Virus record (IMG/VR): IMGVR_UViG_2866513116_000002
Coordinates: 17,938-81,937 of that record
DNA from: a virus
Lineage: Duplodnaviria; Caudoviricetes
Direction: 5' to 3' (one strand)
Length of the DNA: 64,000 nt
Below are positions 8,440-17,387 of this stretch, in pieces. The first letter of the stretch is position 1, and each line of letters opens with the position of its first letter. The position numbers were made by a program, and so were the translations under genes. A model generated the notes under the pieces. It did no database searches. It worked only from the letters and a program-made list of their open reading frames with translations, and was not told the origin of the DNA.

Positions 8440-8657
8440 TGCCCCGCAACCCTGATGGTCTACCCGCTGCACGGTGGCAGACGGTCGAATACGACAACGG
8501 ACACCGTAATCAACAGCGCTACCGGTCCGTGATACGCGGCAACCGGTACGAAACACGAGTCGACACCCGCCGCGACCCCACCTGTCTATGCCTCGCATGT
8601 CGGCGACGGTGCCTGGGGGAGACGACGAAGAAGGAGGAGGTGAACGAGAAGCAGTGA
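8439..8657 (+). CDS. Phage hypothetical protein
   Basis: TGATG coupling; C.C..C motif. Confidence 0.55.
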   Translation: MPRNPDGLPAARWQTVEYDNGHRNQQRYRSVIRGNRYETRVDTRRDPTCLCLACRRRCLGETTKKEEVNEKQ

Positions 8658-9541
8658 GAACGCATGGAAGGCTCCTCGTCTCGATTTGGCGCGACAAGGA
8701 CTTCGTCTCCTGCAGCGTTGAGGCCCAGCGCTGCTACATGATGCTGCTCGCGCAGAAGGACGTGAACAACGCGGGCGTCCAGCCGCTCATGATCCGCAAG
8801 TGGGCGCGAGGTTGTGAAGCGACCTCCGAGGACGACATTGTGCGAGCGCTCAATGAGCTACAGGGCGCTCGATTTGTCTGCTACGACGTCGACTCCGAGG
8901 AGTTGTTGATCCGTTCGTTCATCCGTAACGACGGAATCGTGAAGCAGCCGAACGTGCTCAAGAATGCGCTCCGGGTGGCCGAGCAAACCGAGTCGCCGAG
9001 GCTCCGTCAGGCGCTCTCCGACGAACTGCAAACTCTTGGCCGCAAGGACGCCTCAGAGGTGGCTTCGCGAATGGCTGTGGAAGGCAGCGGAAACCCTTTC
9101 GAGAACCCTTCGGAAACCCTTCCTGAACCCTTGAACCCTTCGGGAACCCCTCGCGAACCACGCGGAGATGGGGATGGGGAGGGGGTAACTAACAACGTTG
9201 TCTCACCTTCAGATTCCAAGAGAGTTTCCGCGCAGAAGCGCGGCACCAGACTCCCAGAGGGGTGGATGCCCGATCAGTCGGTGATCGCACAGATGCGCCA
9301 AGAGCGGCCAGACGTCGACCTCCAGGCAGAACATCGCAAGTTCGCGGATCACTGGAAGGCGGCCACTGGGAAGAACGCGACCAAGCGGGACTGGGACGCA
9401 ACCTGGCGGAACTGGATCAGGAATGCCCGCGGCAGTTCCCGTGTCGCGCCCATCTCGACCACCGACGCGCGTATCGCAGCCGCCCAGGCACTCAAGGATC
9501 GACCCGCCAACGTTCACCCCTTGCGAGGACTCGAAGCATGA
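8654..9541 (+). CDS. Phage replication initiator protein (lambda O-like organisation)
   Basis: SIW.D.DF N-terminus, central iteron linker, C-terminal RGTRLP...DWDATWRNWIR. Confidence 0.8.
   Translation: MRTHGRLLVSIWRDKDFVSCSVEAQRCYMMLLAQKDVNNAGVQPLMIRKWARGCEATSEDDIVRALNELQGARFVCYDVDSEELLIRSFIRNDGIVKQPNVLKNALRVAEQTESPRLRQALSDELQTLGRKDASEVASRMAVEGSGNPFENPSETLPEPLNPSGTPREPRGDGDGEGVTNNVVSPSDSKRVSAQKRGTRLPEGWMPDQSVIAQMRQERPDVDLQAEHRKFADHWKAATGKNATKRDWDATWRNWIRNARGSSRVAPISTTDARIAAAQALKDRPANVHPLRGLEA
9089..9151. repeat. Iteron-like repeats (AACCCTT x5 plus AACCCCT), putative phage replication origin
   Basis: Copies at 9092, 9104, 9115, 9126, 9134 and 9145, mostly ~11 bp apart, inside the initiator gene. 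Confidence 0.75.
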
Positions 9542-9876
9542 ACCGCAACCAGATCATCGACCTTTTGACCATCGCCTCGGCGTATGACCGCCGCACGATC
9601 GGGGAGGGCGACATCGCCGCCTGGTCGGAGGCGTCACGCCGCGCCGGGTGGCGTCTCGAGCTTGCGACGGACGCGATCCACGAGCACTATGCGCAGACCT
9701 CGAAGTGGCTGATGCCCGGTCACATTACCGAGCGGATCAAGCTCGCGGCCCGACAGCCTGCGCCGGTCGATGAGGCGATGCGACAGCTTGGCGCAGCCCC
9801 GCCGGCATCGGCCGAGCGCCGTGCCGAGGTGATGGCCGAGATCCGAAAGTTCGCCGATCGGAAGGCGATGCCATGA
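9538..9876 (+). CDS. Putative helicase loader/inhibitor-like protein
   Basis: LLTIASAYDRRT...AW...AIHEHY...MPGHI; position directly after initiator. Confidence 0.6.
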   Translation: MNRNQIIDLLTIASAYDRRTIGEGDIAAWSEASRRAGWRLELATDAIHEHYAQTSKWLMPGHITERIKLAARQPAPVDEAMRQLGAAPPASAERRAEVMAEIRKFADRKAMP

Positions 9877-10181
9877 CCAACAACATCCCTGCCGATCTCG
9901 CGCGCCTGGATGCGTCTCTCGGACCCGTGATGTGCGAGTGCGTATGCGCCGAGTGCCACGGCTCGCGGCCGGCCACCACGGTGGTGGTGATCCACGACTG
10001 CGGCAACACCCCGACGCGCAAGGCGATGCTCGCGTGTGAGTCCTGCGAACGGAACCTCGTCCGCGTGATGGCGCAGCAGATCCACGCTGCGGCACTCCGT
10101 GGGGAGATGTTCGCGTGCCGTGGTTGCGGGGTGCGCTTCCACTCAATCGCCGACTACGTGCTGGAGGTGAGCCCGCTGTGA
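9873..10181 (+). CDS. Zn-finger phage protein
   Basis: Several CxxC pairs. Confidence 0.7.
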   Translation: MTNNIPADLARLDASLGPVMCECVCAECHGSRPATTVVVIHDCGNTPTRKAMLACESCERNLVRVMAQQIHAAALRGEMFACRGCGVRFHSIADYVLEVSPL

Positions 10182-10399
10182 TCCCGATCCAGGCGGCTCT
10201 ACGCAACGCTGTGGGCTTCGTGGCCACTCTCACGGGTAATGACCACCCCCACGACGCCAGCGAAGCTCTCAGCGGCTCTCAGGCCCCGATTCGACCCACT
10301 CCACTCCGAAACCCGTCAAACCCCAGCGATCACCTGCCTGCCGACACCGTGTGGTGGGAGAACCAGGCTGATCGCATCGCAGAAAGGCTCGCGAGATGA
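10178..10399 (+). CDS. Phage hypothetical protein
   Basis: GGAGG RBS, GTG start, coupled. Confidence 0.55.
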   Translation: MIPIQAALRNAVGFVATLTGNDHPHDASEALSGSQAPIRPTPLRNPSNPSDHLPADTVWWENQADRIAERLAR

Positions 10400-10968
10400 A
10401 AGCACCACTACAAGGCGACATCGTCGTCGTCGACGTCGAGACCACCGGACTCAACCCGGAGGCCGACCAGATTTGGGAGTTCGCGGCGATCCGTCGCCAT
10501 GCCGATGGGTCGACGACTGAAACCCACATCTACCACCAGGCCCATTCGGACCTCGTGGCACAGATGCCCGAGCGATTCAAAGCCGACTACGACCAGCGAT
10601 ACGGGGTGGACGGCCACGCCTACTCGACCCCTGCCGCTGCCGCGATCATCCACGCGGCCTGCGATGGCCCCGGTGTTCATCTGGTCGGAGCCAATCCGCG
10701 CTTCGATCACGAGTTCCTGAGCCGGCTACTTGCTCGCAGTGGATTCGAGGCGCCCTGGGATTATCACGTCATCGACGTCGAATCCATGGCCCTAGGTTGG
10801 CTTTTGGCGAAAGGGCACCGGATCACGCTGCCGTTCAAGTCCGACAACCTGGCGGAGCGTTGTGGAGTGCGTGGAACGTTCGCGCGTCACACCGCATTAG
10901 GTGACTGCCGATGGGCGCTTGCGTGGCTGGAGCGGATTGAAGAACAGTCGGTGGTGATGGGGGCATGA
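10396..10968 (+). CDS. DnaQ-like 3'-5' exonuclease (DEDDh)
   Basis: VDVETTGL, GAN.RFD, HTALGD motifs. Confidence 0.9.
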   Translation: MKAPLQGDIVVVDVETTGLNPEADQIWEFAAIRRHADGSTTETHIYHQAHSDLVAQMPERFKADYDQRYGVDGHAYSTPAAAAIIHAACDGPGVHLVGANPRFDHEFLSRLLARSGFEAPWDYHVIDVESMALGWLLAKGHRITLPFKSDNLAERCGVRGTFARHTALGDCRWALAWLERIEEQSVVMGA

Positions 10969-11291
10969 ACCACCCACCCTGCTCTGTAGACGACTGCGGT
11001 CGAGACGGCATCAAACGAGGCATGTGCGAAGTGCACTACATGCGCTGGTACCGGAAGGCTATGCGCGATGGGACATTCGTGAGAGTTCAACGCCGGTCAG
11101 ACTCTATACCGCCCGAAGAGGGTGTCGAAGAGTTCGAGATGCTCATGCAACACACCACCGACATGCTGTTGGCCTGCCGACGGCTGGGGGTGCATCCACG
11201 CACCGTGATCCGATGGCATAAGCGTGCCGGAAAGCCCGTGCCACAGGGACTCTGGCAGGCGTACAACGTTGCATCGACTCGGGTTGCGTGA
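10965..11291 (+). CDS. Zn-finger plus HTH phage protein
   Basis: CSVDDC...RGMCEVHY followed by ACRRLGVHPRTV HTH. Confidence 0.7.
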   Translation: MNHPPCSVDDCGRDGIKRGMCEVHYMRWYRKAMRDGTFVRVQRRSDSIPPEEGVEEFEMLMQHTTDMLLACRRLGVHPRTVIRWHKRAGKPVPQGLWQAYNVASTRVA

Positions 11292-11659
11292 TGACTGCGA
11301 TGACTGACGAGTGTGATGCACTATGCGACGACATTGAGCGTGACCGCGACGCCCTGCGCCAGGCGTGGGATGACCACCACGACGCTGAGCAAGCTGAGGG
11401 TTTGTGGTGTGACCGCAATGATCTTCTGATTCGGATCGAGAAGTTGCGGGCCGAGGTGAAGCGGCTGACACCCCGCGAAATCACGACGGTGGTGGAGTTG
11501 GAGGCGTTGCCGAACGGGGGTGTGATCCGCTCCGACGAGGGCTGCATCTGGGAGAAAGACATCAGCGGATGGTATGAGCCGGGTTCTCGACATGAACACA
11601 TCGCTTCCGACCTCGCACTCCCCGCCGCCGTGCTCTACCTACCTGAAGGTGGTGAGTGA
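11288..11659 (+). CDS. Phage hypothetical protein
   Basis: ITTVVELEALPNGGVIR module typical of actinophages. Confidence 0.7.
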   Translation: MMTAMTDECDALCDDIERDRDALRQAWDDHHDAEQAEGLWCDRNDLLIRIEKLRAEVKRLTPREITTVVELEALPNGGVIRSDEGCIWEKDISGWYEPGSRHEHIASDLALPAAVLYLPEGGE

Positions 11660-11847
11660 CGTTGAAGGCCAAGCACAATGGCCCCTGTGCCGACGACTGC
11701 GGCCGTTGGATTCACGAGGGTGACGAGATCGAACACCGAGACAACGGTTGGGCTCACACCACATGCCCAGACCTGGCAGAGATGACCGGCGAGGCATCCG
11801 ATGCATGCCCCGACTGTCACCTTATCCACGCAGGGGAGTGCTGGTGA
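11656..11847 (+). CDS. Small Cys/His-rich phage protein
   Basis: AKHNGPC..CG..I..GD motif; coupled. Confidence 0.7.
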   Translation: MTLKAKHNGPCADDCGRWIHEGDEIEHRDNGWAHTTCPDLAEMTGEASDACPDCHLIHAGECW

Positions 11848-12248
11848 CCACCTACCGGCTCGACCTTCCGTGGACGAAACCGCCACTGTCGATGAACGAC
11901 CGCCGCAACCACTTCGCCCATGCTCGCATCGTCAAGCAGATCCGAAACACGGTGCACCTGTTAGCGATTGCCGCTCATCTGCCCCGCGATTGCGAGCACG
12001 TCACGGTACAATTGCACTACGCACCCAGAGATGAAAGACGCAGGGACACAGATAATTTGGTCGCCACGTTGAAGCCGATGTGCGATGCCCTGGCCAAGGG
12101 AACGACGGCGCATCCCGGATACGGTCTCGTCGAGGACGACACCCCGATGTGGATGTCGAAACCCGAACCGATCATCCATCCGAAGACAGGCACCGGAGTG
12201 GGGGAGATGTGGCTGGAGATCGAGGTGGAGATCGGGGTCGACGGATGA
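11844..12248 (+). CDS. RusA-like Holliday junction resolvase
   Basis: PPLSMN, RRRDTDN...K...DAL...DD catalytic pattern. Confidence 0.8.
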   Translation: MTTYRLDLPWTKPPLSMNDRRNHFAHARIVKQIRNTVHLLAIAAHLPRDCEHVTVQLHYAPRDERRRDTDNLVATLKPMCDALAKGTTAHPGYGLVEDDTPMWMSKPEPIIHPKTGTGVGEMWLEIEVEIGVDG

Positions 12249-12523
12249 CCGGATGGAAGCACGGCACCCCATCGGGCGCTCAGATGCACTACCGGATGGG
12301 CGAGAAGCCCTGCGAGGCTTGTCGAGCGGCGAAGAACGAGTACAACCGGAAAAAGAATCACCTGCGCCGCCTTGTCCACCGATGCATCTCAATCCCCGAA
12401 GGTGTGCTGGTGGAGTTGTACCTCAACGCCACTCCCGAAGCGCAGGAGCACCTGGAAGCCGTGATCGACCTGCCCACCTTGGATCGCATGGTCGCGGCAC
12501 ATGACGAGAAGGAGAGCGCGTGA
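12245..12523 (+). CDS. Phage hypothetical protein
   Basis: HGT.SG...H...GEKPC.AC motif. Confidence 0.7.
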   Translation: MTGWKHGTPSGAQMHYRMGEKPCEACRAAKNEYNRKKNHLRRLVHRCISIPEGVLVELYLNATPEAQEHLEAVIDLPTLDRMVAAHDEKESA

Positions 12524-13131
12524 ACCCCGAAGACGCGGTGCTCGACGAAATCGACCGGCTGGTGGACGAATCCCTCGCCAAACCGTGGGATCGGATCAGC
12601 GGCTACGACAACGACATCAATCAGCCTCAGTGTCGGTGCGGGCTCGACTGGCATGGGCTGCCGAGAGGGTACTGTCCCGGGTCGGATACGGAAGGTCCTA
12701 TCGACGATCCTTGGTCGCGAAGGCGTGCGAAGAGGTTGTCGAGCAACCTCGTCAATTCAGGGACAGTCTTTGTTGCTCAAGCCAGCCCCGACCCTGAGGG
12801 CCAAAGCTGGAGTCCTCTCGGGACGGTCACCGCTGGTCCTCGATTCACCTATGCGCCGGAGTTCTCGTTCTCCACACCTCAGTGGCCGCGTATCGGGCCG
12901 TCCTATGCCGAACTGTTCCATCGCGCCAGCGAGATCTTCCCCGAGATCTTCGCCGAACTGTCCGTGACGTTCCAGAACCTCACCGCCGCAGTGGAGACCA
13001 GTAGGGAGCGTCTTGGCGCCTGGCAAGAGCCATCCGAGGAGCCGCAGACACCCCAGCAGCGAGCACTCCCGCGCCCATCCACCACCCCGCCCATGTGGGC
13101 ACCGCGCGCCGACGGACGGAGACGACACTGA
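12520..13131 (+). CDS. Phage hypothetical protein
   Basis: LDEIDRLVD N-terminus and ALPRPSTTPPMWA C-terminus seen in actinophage proteins. Confidence 0.7.
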   Translation: MNPEDAVLDEIDRLVDESLAKPWDRISGYDNDINQPQCRCGLDWHGLPRGYCPGSDTEGPIDDPWSRRRAKRLSSNLVNSGTVFVAQASPDPEGQSWSPLGTVTAGPRFTYAPEFSFSTPQWPRIGPSYAELFHRASEIFPEIFAELSVTFQNLTAAVETSRERLGAWQEPSEEPQTPQQRALPRPSTTPPMWAPRADGRRRH

Positions 13132-14102
13132 TGCAGTGCACGAAGTGCGGTGGACGAGCAACGGTGTACCTGTGCCGTGAGTGCATCCGAGAATTGGACT
13201 CCAACCTCGAGCAAATCCCGTGGATCGCTGACCGACTCACCGAGGCGTACGCGAAGCAGAACGCGCTCTCTACGCCACCGGGACCGCGGCACATCGTGGA
13301 AGCCGAGGACGATGAACAGTCCCCGATGCCGTATGACCGGGTGGCCGGCGACACCTACAACGAGTTGCGCACCGTGCTGATGCGCTGGTGCCGTGACCTC
13401 GCCGACCTGATCGGTGTGGAGTGGCTGCCCGTGGATGCCGTGCCACTGGACTTCATCGGCCCACTACGGCCCATGATCCCGGCCAACAACACCGAGCGGA
13501 TCCCGGAGATCCCCGGCCAGTTCCGCATCTCCCGCCACTACATCCCCGACATCGCGGATCTGTCCCGGTGGCTCAACGTCCACCGCTTGGATCTCGCCAA
13601 CTCCGAGGATGCGGCGTTCGCGGCCCACGAGATCGACCGTGTGTGCCGCAAGGCGTTCCGGGTACTGAATCCGCCGAAGCGGGTCTACTGCGGCCCGTGT
13701 CCCACGGTGGTGGGCAAGGATGCCCGCAACCGCCCGTTGGAGTGTGCGCAAGGCCTGTGGGCCGACTGGGATGACGACAACGACCACGCAGCCACCCATG
13801 TGGAGTGCTGGAAGTGCCGCAAGCGACACAACGTCGACGAGCTGAAGAAGCACATCTACGCTCACGCCGATCACTTCTCGATGACGGTGGAGGAGCTGTT
13901 GAGCGTGCTCGACAACCTTGGGGAGCCGGTGCCGCAGTCCACGTTGTACCGGTGGATCAAGGAGGGCCGTGTGAGACCGCGCGGATATCAGCGTGATGGA
14001 CGGATCACACCGACGCGCCTGAGACGTGGTGACCCGGCGGTGTTCTCGCTCGCCGAGGTGCGTGGACTGATGGCACAGAACGAGAAACAGACGGTGGGAT
14101 GA
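13131..14102 (+). CDS. Zn-finger/HTH protein, putative late-gene transcriptional regulator
   Basis: CxxC pairs, GPCP, C-terminal HTH (TLYRWIKEGRV); last gene of the early operon. Confidence 0.7.
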   Translation: MQCTKCGGRATVYLCRECIRELDSNLEQIPWIADRLTEAYAKQNALSTPPGPRHIVEAEDDEQSPMPYDRVAGDTYNELRTVLMRWCRDLADLIGVEWLPVDAVPLDFIGPLRPMIPANNTERIPEIPGQFRISRHYIPDIADLSRWLNVHRLDLANSEDAAFAAHEIDRVCRKAFRVLNPPKRVYCGPCPTVVGKDARNRPLECAQGLWADWDDDNDHAATHVECWKCRKRHNVDELKKHIYAHADHFSMTVEELLSVLDNLGEPVPQSTLYRWIKEGRVRPRGYQRDGRITPTRLRRGDPAVFSLAEVRGLMAQNEKQTVG

Positions 14103-14148
14103 CTCGAAAGTCGAATACTCGCGTGGAGGTGTGAAAACCGAGCGGCGC

Positions 14149-14439
14149 TCAGGCCGAGTGCCGCTCGATGTACTCGCCAACAGCGCGGCGGATGACTTCG
14201 GCCGGCGCGACGCCCTCGGCAGTGGCCACGGCCTCCAGTTGCGCCCGGAGTTCCTGCGGGAGCCGCACTGATGTGGTGGGCGTCTTCCCTCGTGCGGGGG
14301 CGGTCTTCGGTGGCCGACCGGTGCGCAGGATCGCGTGGTTGACTTCGATCTCGCCAACGATCTCGTCGGCGGTGGGCGGGTTGGCCTCGAAGTCTGCGGC
14401 CATCTCCGCATACTCGTCATCGGTGAATCGTCGTTCCAT
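14149..14439 (-). CDS. Ribbon-helix-helix (CopG-like) antitoxin
   Basis: GRPP...TTSVRLPQELRAQLEAVATAEGVAPAEVIRRAV. Confidence 0.8.
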   Translation of the reverse strand: MERRFTDDEYAEMAADFEANPPTADEIVGEIEVNHAILRTGRPPKTAPARGKTPTTSVRLPQELRAQLEAVATAEGVAPAEVIRRAVGEYIERHSA

Positions 14440-14447
14440 CTTCTCTC

Positions 14448-14747
14448 TCACTTCCGTTGTGGCGCATAGGTGATATCGCCGAGGAGTTCAGCGATCCCGA
14501 GGTTGTTCACGAGGCTGCGGCGCAGCATCATCGCGTGGAACACCACAGCCTCGTCTTCGTCGGCCATGTCGGCCAGGACCTCGATGTAGGGCGCATTGGC
14601 GGCTGCTGGTCCGATGTGCAGGAACAGCACCGCGCCCTCACGCTTCGCCGGGAGGGAGATCCGGAGGGCGAAGTAGGCGAGGACCGTGCGGATCTCGTCG
14701 CCGGTGATCCCGTGCTGACGGGCGCTTGGGGTGATGGTGATCCGCAT
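14448..14747 (-). CDS. Putative type II toxin (BrnT/RelE-like)
   Basis: SARQHGI...IEV...VFHAM motif; immediately upstream of RHH gene. Confidence 0.65.
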   Translation of the reverse strand: MRITITPSARQHGITGDEIRTVLAYFALRISLPAKREGAVLFLHIGPAAANAPYIEVLADMADEDEAVVFHAMMLRRSLVNNLGIAELLGDITYAPQRK

Positions 14748-14753
14748 GAGATA

Positions 14754-14783
14754 AGTGTACTGCACTTACCTACGATAGTGCAA
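14754..14783 (-). promoter_or_regulatory. SigA-type promoter of the TA operon (leaderless)
   Basis: TTGCAC-18 nt-TACACT on the minus strand, ATG 7 nt downstream. Confidence 0.6.
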
Positions 14784-14899
14784 CACAATTTCTTGAGTTC
14801 GGGCAAATCATACTTGGACGTTTTCACTAGGCGTGTGTGAGAATGGATCTGCAGCACTACAGCTGTCCCCAAAACACACCTGATCAGTGGTGTGTACCC

Positions 14900-15034
14900 G
14901 ATCTTCCGCCGCGCCGCGTCAACGCCGTCTACTCATGCGGCAATGCCACGCCCATGACCGTCCTTCCGGCAACTCCGCGCGAGGCGTGAATCGGGTTCGG
15001 GCAGGACCCGAGTTGCAGCGCGGCGCGGCGGATC
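14900..15034 (+). ncRNA. Candidate structured RNA (strand assumed)
   Basis: 13-bp perfect closing stem 14906-14918/15019-15031 with internal hairpins; no ORF. Confidence 0.4.
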
Positions 15035-15115
15035 ACCCACCGATGAAACCGAGAAACCGATGACAGTTCTCCTCCATCTTCTTGTCGAATCACTCATCTG
15101 TGCAAGGCATTTGGC

Positions 15116-15331
15116 ATGAGTGCCGAGGCGCGCGCCGAGAAGACTGCAATTCTCACAGGCGCCATATTGGGCGTCGTGGCGATTCTGCTCCCGCTGGCGA
15201 TCGGGGTCGTGGCACTTAGTCGGGGTGGTGGATGGCTCACGTACTGCGCGGTCTACCTCGTGGTCGTTAGCTCCATCGACATCTTCCGATACTGCGTCCG
15301 CGGCGTCTCGTCCGATTCGAGACGACGATGA
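15116..15331 (+). CDS. Small two-TM membrane protein
   Basis: Two hydrophobic helices; coupled to next gene. Confidence 0.6.
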   Translation: MSAEARAEKTAILTGAILGVVAILLPLAIGVVALSRGGGWLTYCAVYLVVVSSIDIFRYCVRGVSSDSRRR

Positions 15332-15573
15332 GCCGCCAGAATCCGAATCCCGTCGCGCACCTCGACCAGCGCGCTGTGAAGACCCTCGCAGACCACCTGA
15401 GCCACCTGGAGCATCCGGGCCGCGGTGGAGAGCCGGCGAAGATCATGCGTCTCGTCCAGCTCGACGGCACCGGCCCGGGAACGGTGAAGATCAAGAAGGA
15501 TCTCGCCGAGGCGATCATCCACCACCTCTACGTCTCCGGATTCGAGCTGAAGCGACGCAGGGGACGCGGATGA
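15328..15573 (+). CDS. Phage hypothetical protein
   Basis: ATGA coupling. Confidence 0.65.
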   Translation: MSRQNPNPVAHLDQRAVKTLADHLSHLEHPGRGGEPAKIMRLVQLDGTGPGTVKIKKDLAEAIIHHLYVSGFELKRRRGRG

Positions 15574-15746
15574 TCGGCCGCAAGAAACCTCAGGCCATCC
15601 CACCCCGCGCACCAAAGCAGGGAAGCGTCGAGGCGTTGCTGAAGATGTTCACCCTCACCCTGCAGCGTGCCGGCGCCACTGTCGACGTCAAGGAGCCGCA
15701 AACCCGCACCGTCGTCATGACCATCAGTTGGCGCAAGGGTCAATAA
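15570..15746 (+). CDS. Phage hypothetical protein
   Basis: ATGA coupling; MIGRKKPQ start. Confidence 0.6.
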   Translation: MIGRKKPQAIPPRAPKQGSVEALLKMFTLTLQRAGATVDVKEPQTRTVVMTISWRKGQ

Positions 15747-16048
15747 TGGCCGTGCTGATCGAGCTCGAAGGTGACGAGTTCGTGTGCAAGTACGGCACGA
15801 TCTCATCTGCGCCGCCCGTCCTCTCGAGCGCGCCAGTGCCACTTGACATGGCTGGCTGGCTGCCAGACCTTCGGCCCGAAGATGTTCCGCCACCACCGCT
15901 GATGTTCCTCGGTACGAACATCGTCGGCACGGAGCCCTTCTACACCGTCGAGACCAACCGGGGCTCCTGGACATACCAACTCCACGAGATCGAGTGGTGG
16001 GACCGCGGTCTCGATCCCAAGTTCCGTCTCGGCGTCTGGCCAGACTGA
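15746..16048 (+). CDS. Phage hypothetical protein
   Basis: TAATG coupling. Confidence 0.65.
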   Translation: MAVLIELEGDEFVCKYGTISSAPPVLSSAPVPLDMAGWLPDLRPEDVPPPPLMFLGTNIVGTEPFYTVETNRGSWTYQLHEIEWWDRGLDPKFRLGVWPD

Positions 16049-16058
16049 AAGGCAGCCG

Positions 16059-16280
16059 ATGCACCCCGCAACACGACATTTGCTTGACCAGTTCCATTTC
16101 GACCACTTGCGCACCGACCATCTTCGTCGTGTGTCGCAGCAGTTCCACGACCTCGCACACGATCTCGCCGAGGTGCTCAATGACGGCCCCGAGCTGTCGG
16201 CTGGTCTGCGCAAGCTGCTCGAGGCCAAGGACTGCTGCGTACGCCAGGCCGTCATGGACGCACAACCGAAGGAGTCCTGA
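16059..16280 (+). CDS. Conserved small helical-hairpin phage protein
   Basis: F.FDHL...VS..F.DLA...GPELSAGLRKLLEAKDC.VR motif; GAAAGG RBS. Confidence 0.8.
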   Translation: MHPATRHLLDQFHFDHLRTDHLRRVSQQFHDLAHDLAEVLNDGPELSAGLRKLLEAKDCCVRQAVMDAQPKES

Positions 16281-16531
16281 TGCAGAAGGTTGACCGAGAC
16301 TGGTTGGCAGCCAACGACGCCCATCCGCACATCCTGCATCTCGCGGACGTTCTGAACGGCATCGTGGAGCACCTGACCCAGGAACGGCTCGAGCGCAATC
16401 CCCACGCTTTGGATGCGATCGCCGACGGAATCGCCAATGAGCACAACGCGGTGACGATCTCCATGCAGGCCACCGATGAGGCCACCACCGACGGAGAAGT
16501 TGAAGCCACCGACCCCTCCGGGGATGCCTGA
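16280..16531 (+). CDS. Phage hypothetical protein
   Basis: AAGGAG RBS; paralogous to N-terminus of next gene. Confidence 0.7.
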   Translation: MQKVDRDWLAANDAHPHILHLADVLNGIVEHLTQERLERNPHALDAIADGIANEHNAVTISMQATDEATTDGEVEATDPSGDA

Positions 16532-16995
16532 TGCGCATCGAGCGCGTCGACATCAGTTGGCTCGAAGCCCAACGCTGCGAGCCGCACATCATCCACATCA
16601 GCAACGTCCTCAACGCCATCGTTGAGGGATTGGAGCTCATCATGACCGCACAGGACGACATCAACGCCGCAGTCGCCGAGGAGACCGCCGCCGCGACCGC
16701 GATCGCATCGGCCGTCAGTTTCGTCGCCACCGAGGTCGCGAACCTCAAGGCCGCGAATCCCGCCGTCGACACCACCGCACTCGAGGCCGCGACCTCGGGT
16801 TTGACCAGCGCTGTGGCGACCCTGCCGCAGCCCGCAACTTCCGCATCGACCGGCGACACAACCGCTCCGGCTTCGGGATCGACCAGCACCGCGACGACCA
16901 CCGGATCGGGCGATGCCTCGACCACCGGTGCAGCGGCGAGCAGCGACTCGACTTCCGGCACCAGCGCCACCGGTGCGGAACCAACGTCGGCCTGA
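16531..16995 (+). CDS. Phage protein with Ala/Thr/Ser-rich tail
   Basis: TGATG coupling; low-complexity C-terminus. Confidence 0.7.
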   Translation: MRIERVDISWLEAQRCEPHIIHISNVLNAIVEGLELIMTAQDDINAAVAEETAAATAIASAVSFVATEVANLKAANPAVDTTALEAATSGLTSAVATLPQPATSASTGDTTAPASGSTSTATTTGSGDASTTGAAASSDSTSGTSATGAEPTSA

Positions 16996-17072
16996 CCACC
17001 GACAGCCGAACCACCCGCACGTCCGTAGCCAGCGCGCGGGTGGTTCGGCACCTTTCGTTACGGAGCAAACCG

Positions 17073-17387
17073 ATGAGCAAGAAGGAACTCAAGGCCCGCG
17101 TTCGCGAGCTGGAGATTGAGAACGCCACCCTGCGTGGCGAACTCGCCGCACACCGACAGCAGTCATGGACCGCGCCGTTCGTCGGCGACGTACCGCCATT
17201 GCCGACAGTCAGACCGTGGGTCTGGTGCGACGTCTCGGCATCGGGTGGCCAGATCAAGCACATCAACGACTACTCAGTGAGTCCGATGATGAACGACGCC
17301 GACTTCATGGAAACCGCGCTCGCCGCGTCACGCATTCAGCGTCAGACGCGGCACGACTTGGCCAAGCTGACCACCGAGCTGCTGTGA
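17073..17387 (+). CDS. Phage hypothetical protein
   Basis: GGAG RBS; N-terminal coiled coil. Confidence 0.65.
   Translation: MSKKELKARVRELEIENATLRGELAAHRQQSWTAPFVGDVPPLPTVRPWVWCDVSASGGQIKHINDYSVSPMMNDADFMETALAASRIQRQTRHDLAKLTTELL

Noticed and set aside
14940-15000. HDV-like ribozyme suggested by CCG-TCCTTC-CGG
   Set aside because: Could not find the required P1, P1.1 and P2 partners in the right order
15528-17051. 507-aa minus-strand ORF, and similar long antisense ORFs (13464-14420, 31339-33015, 34168-35331, 45250-46659)
   Set aside because: Shadow frames of real plus-strand genes in high-GC DNA; no RBS or motif support
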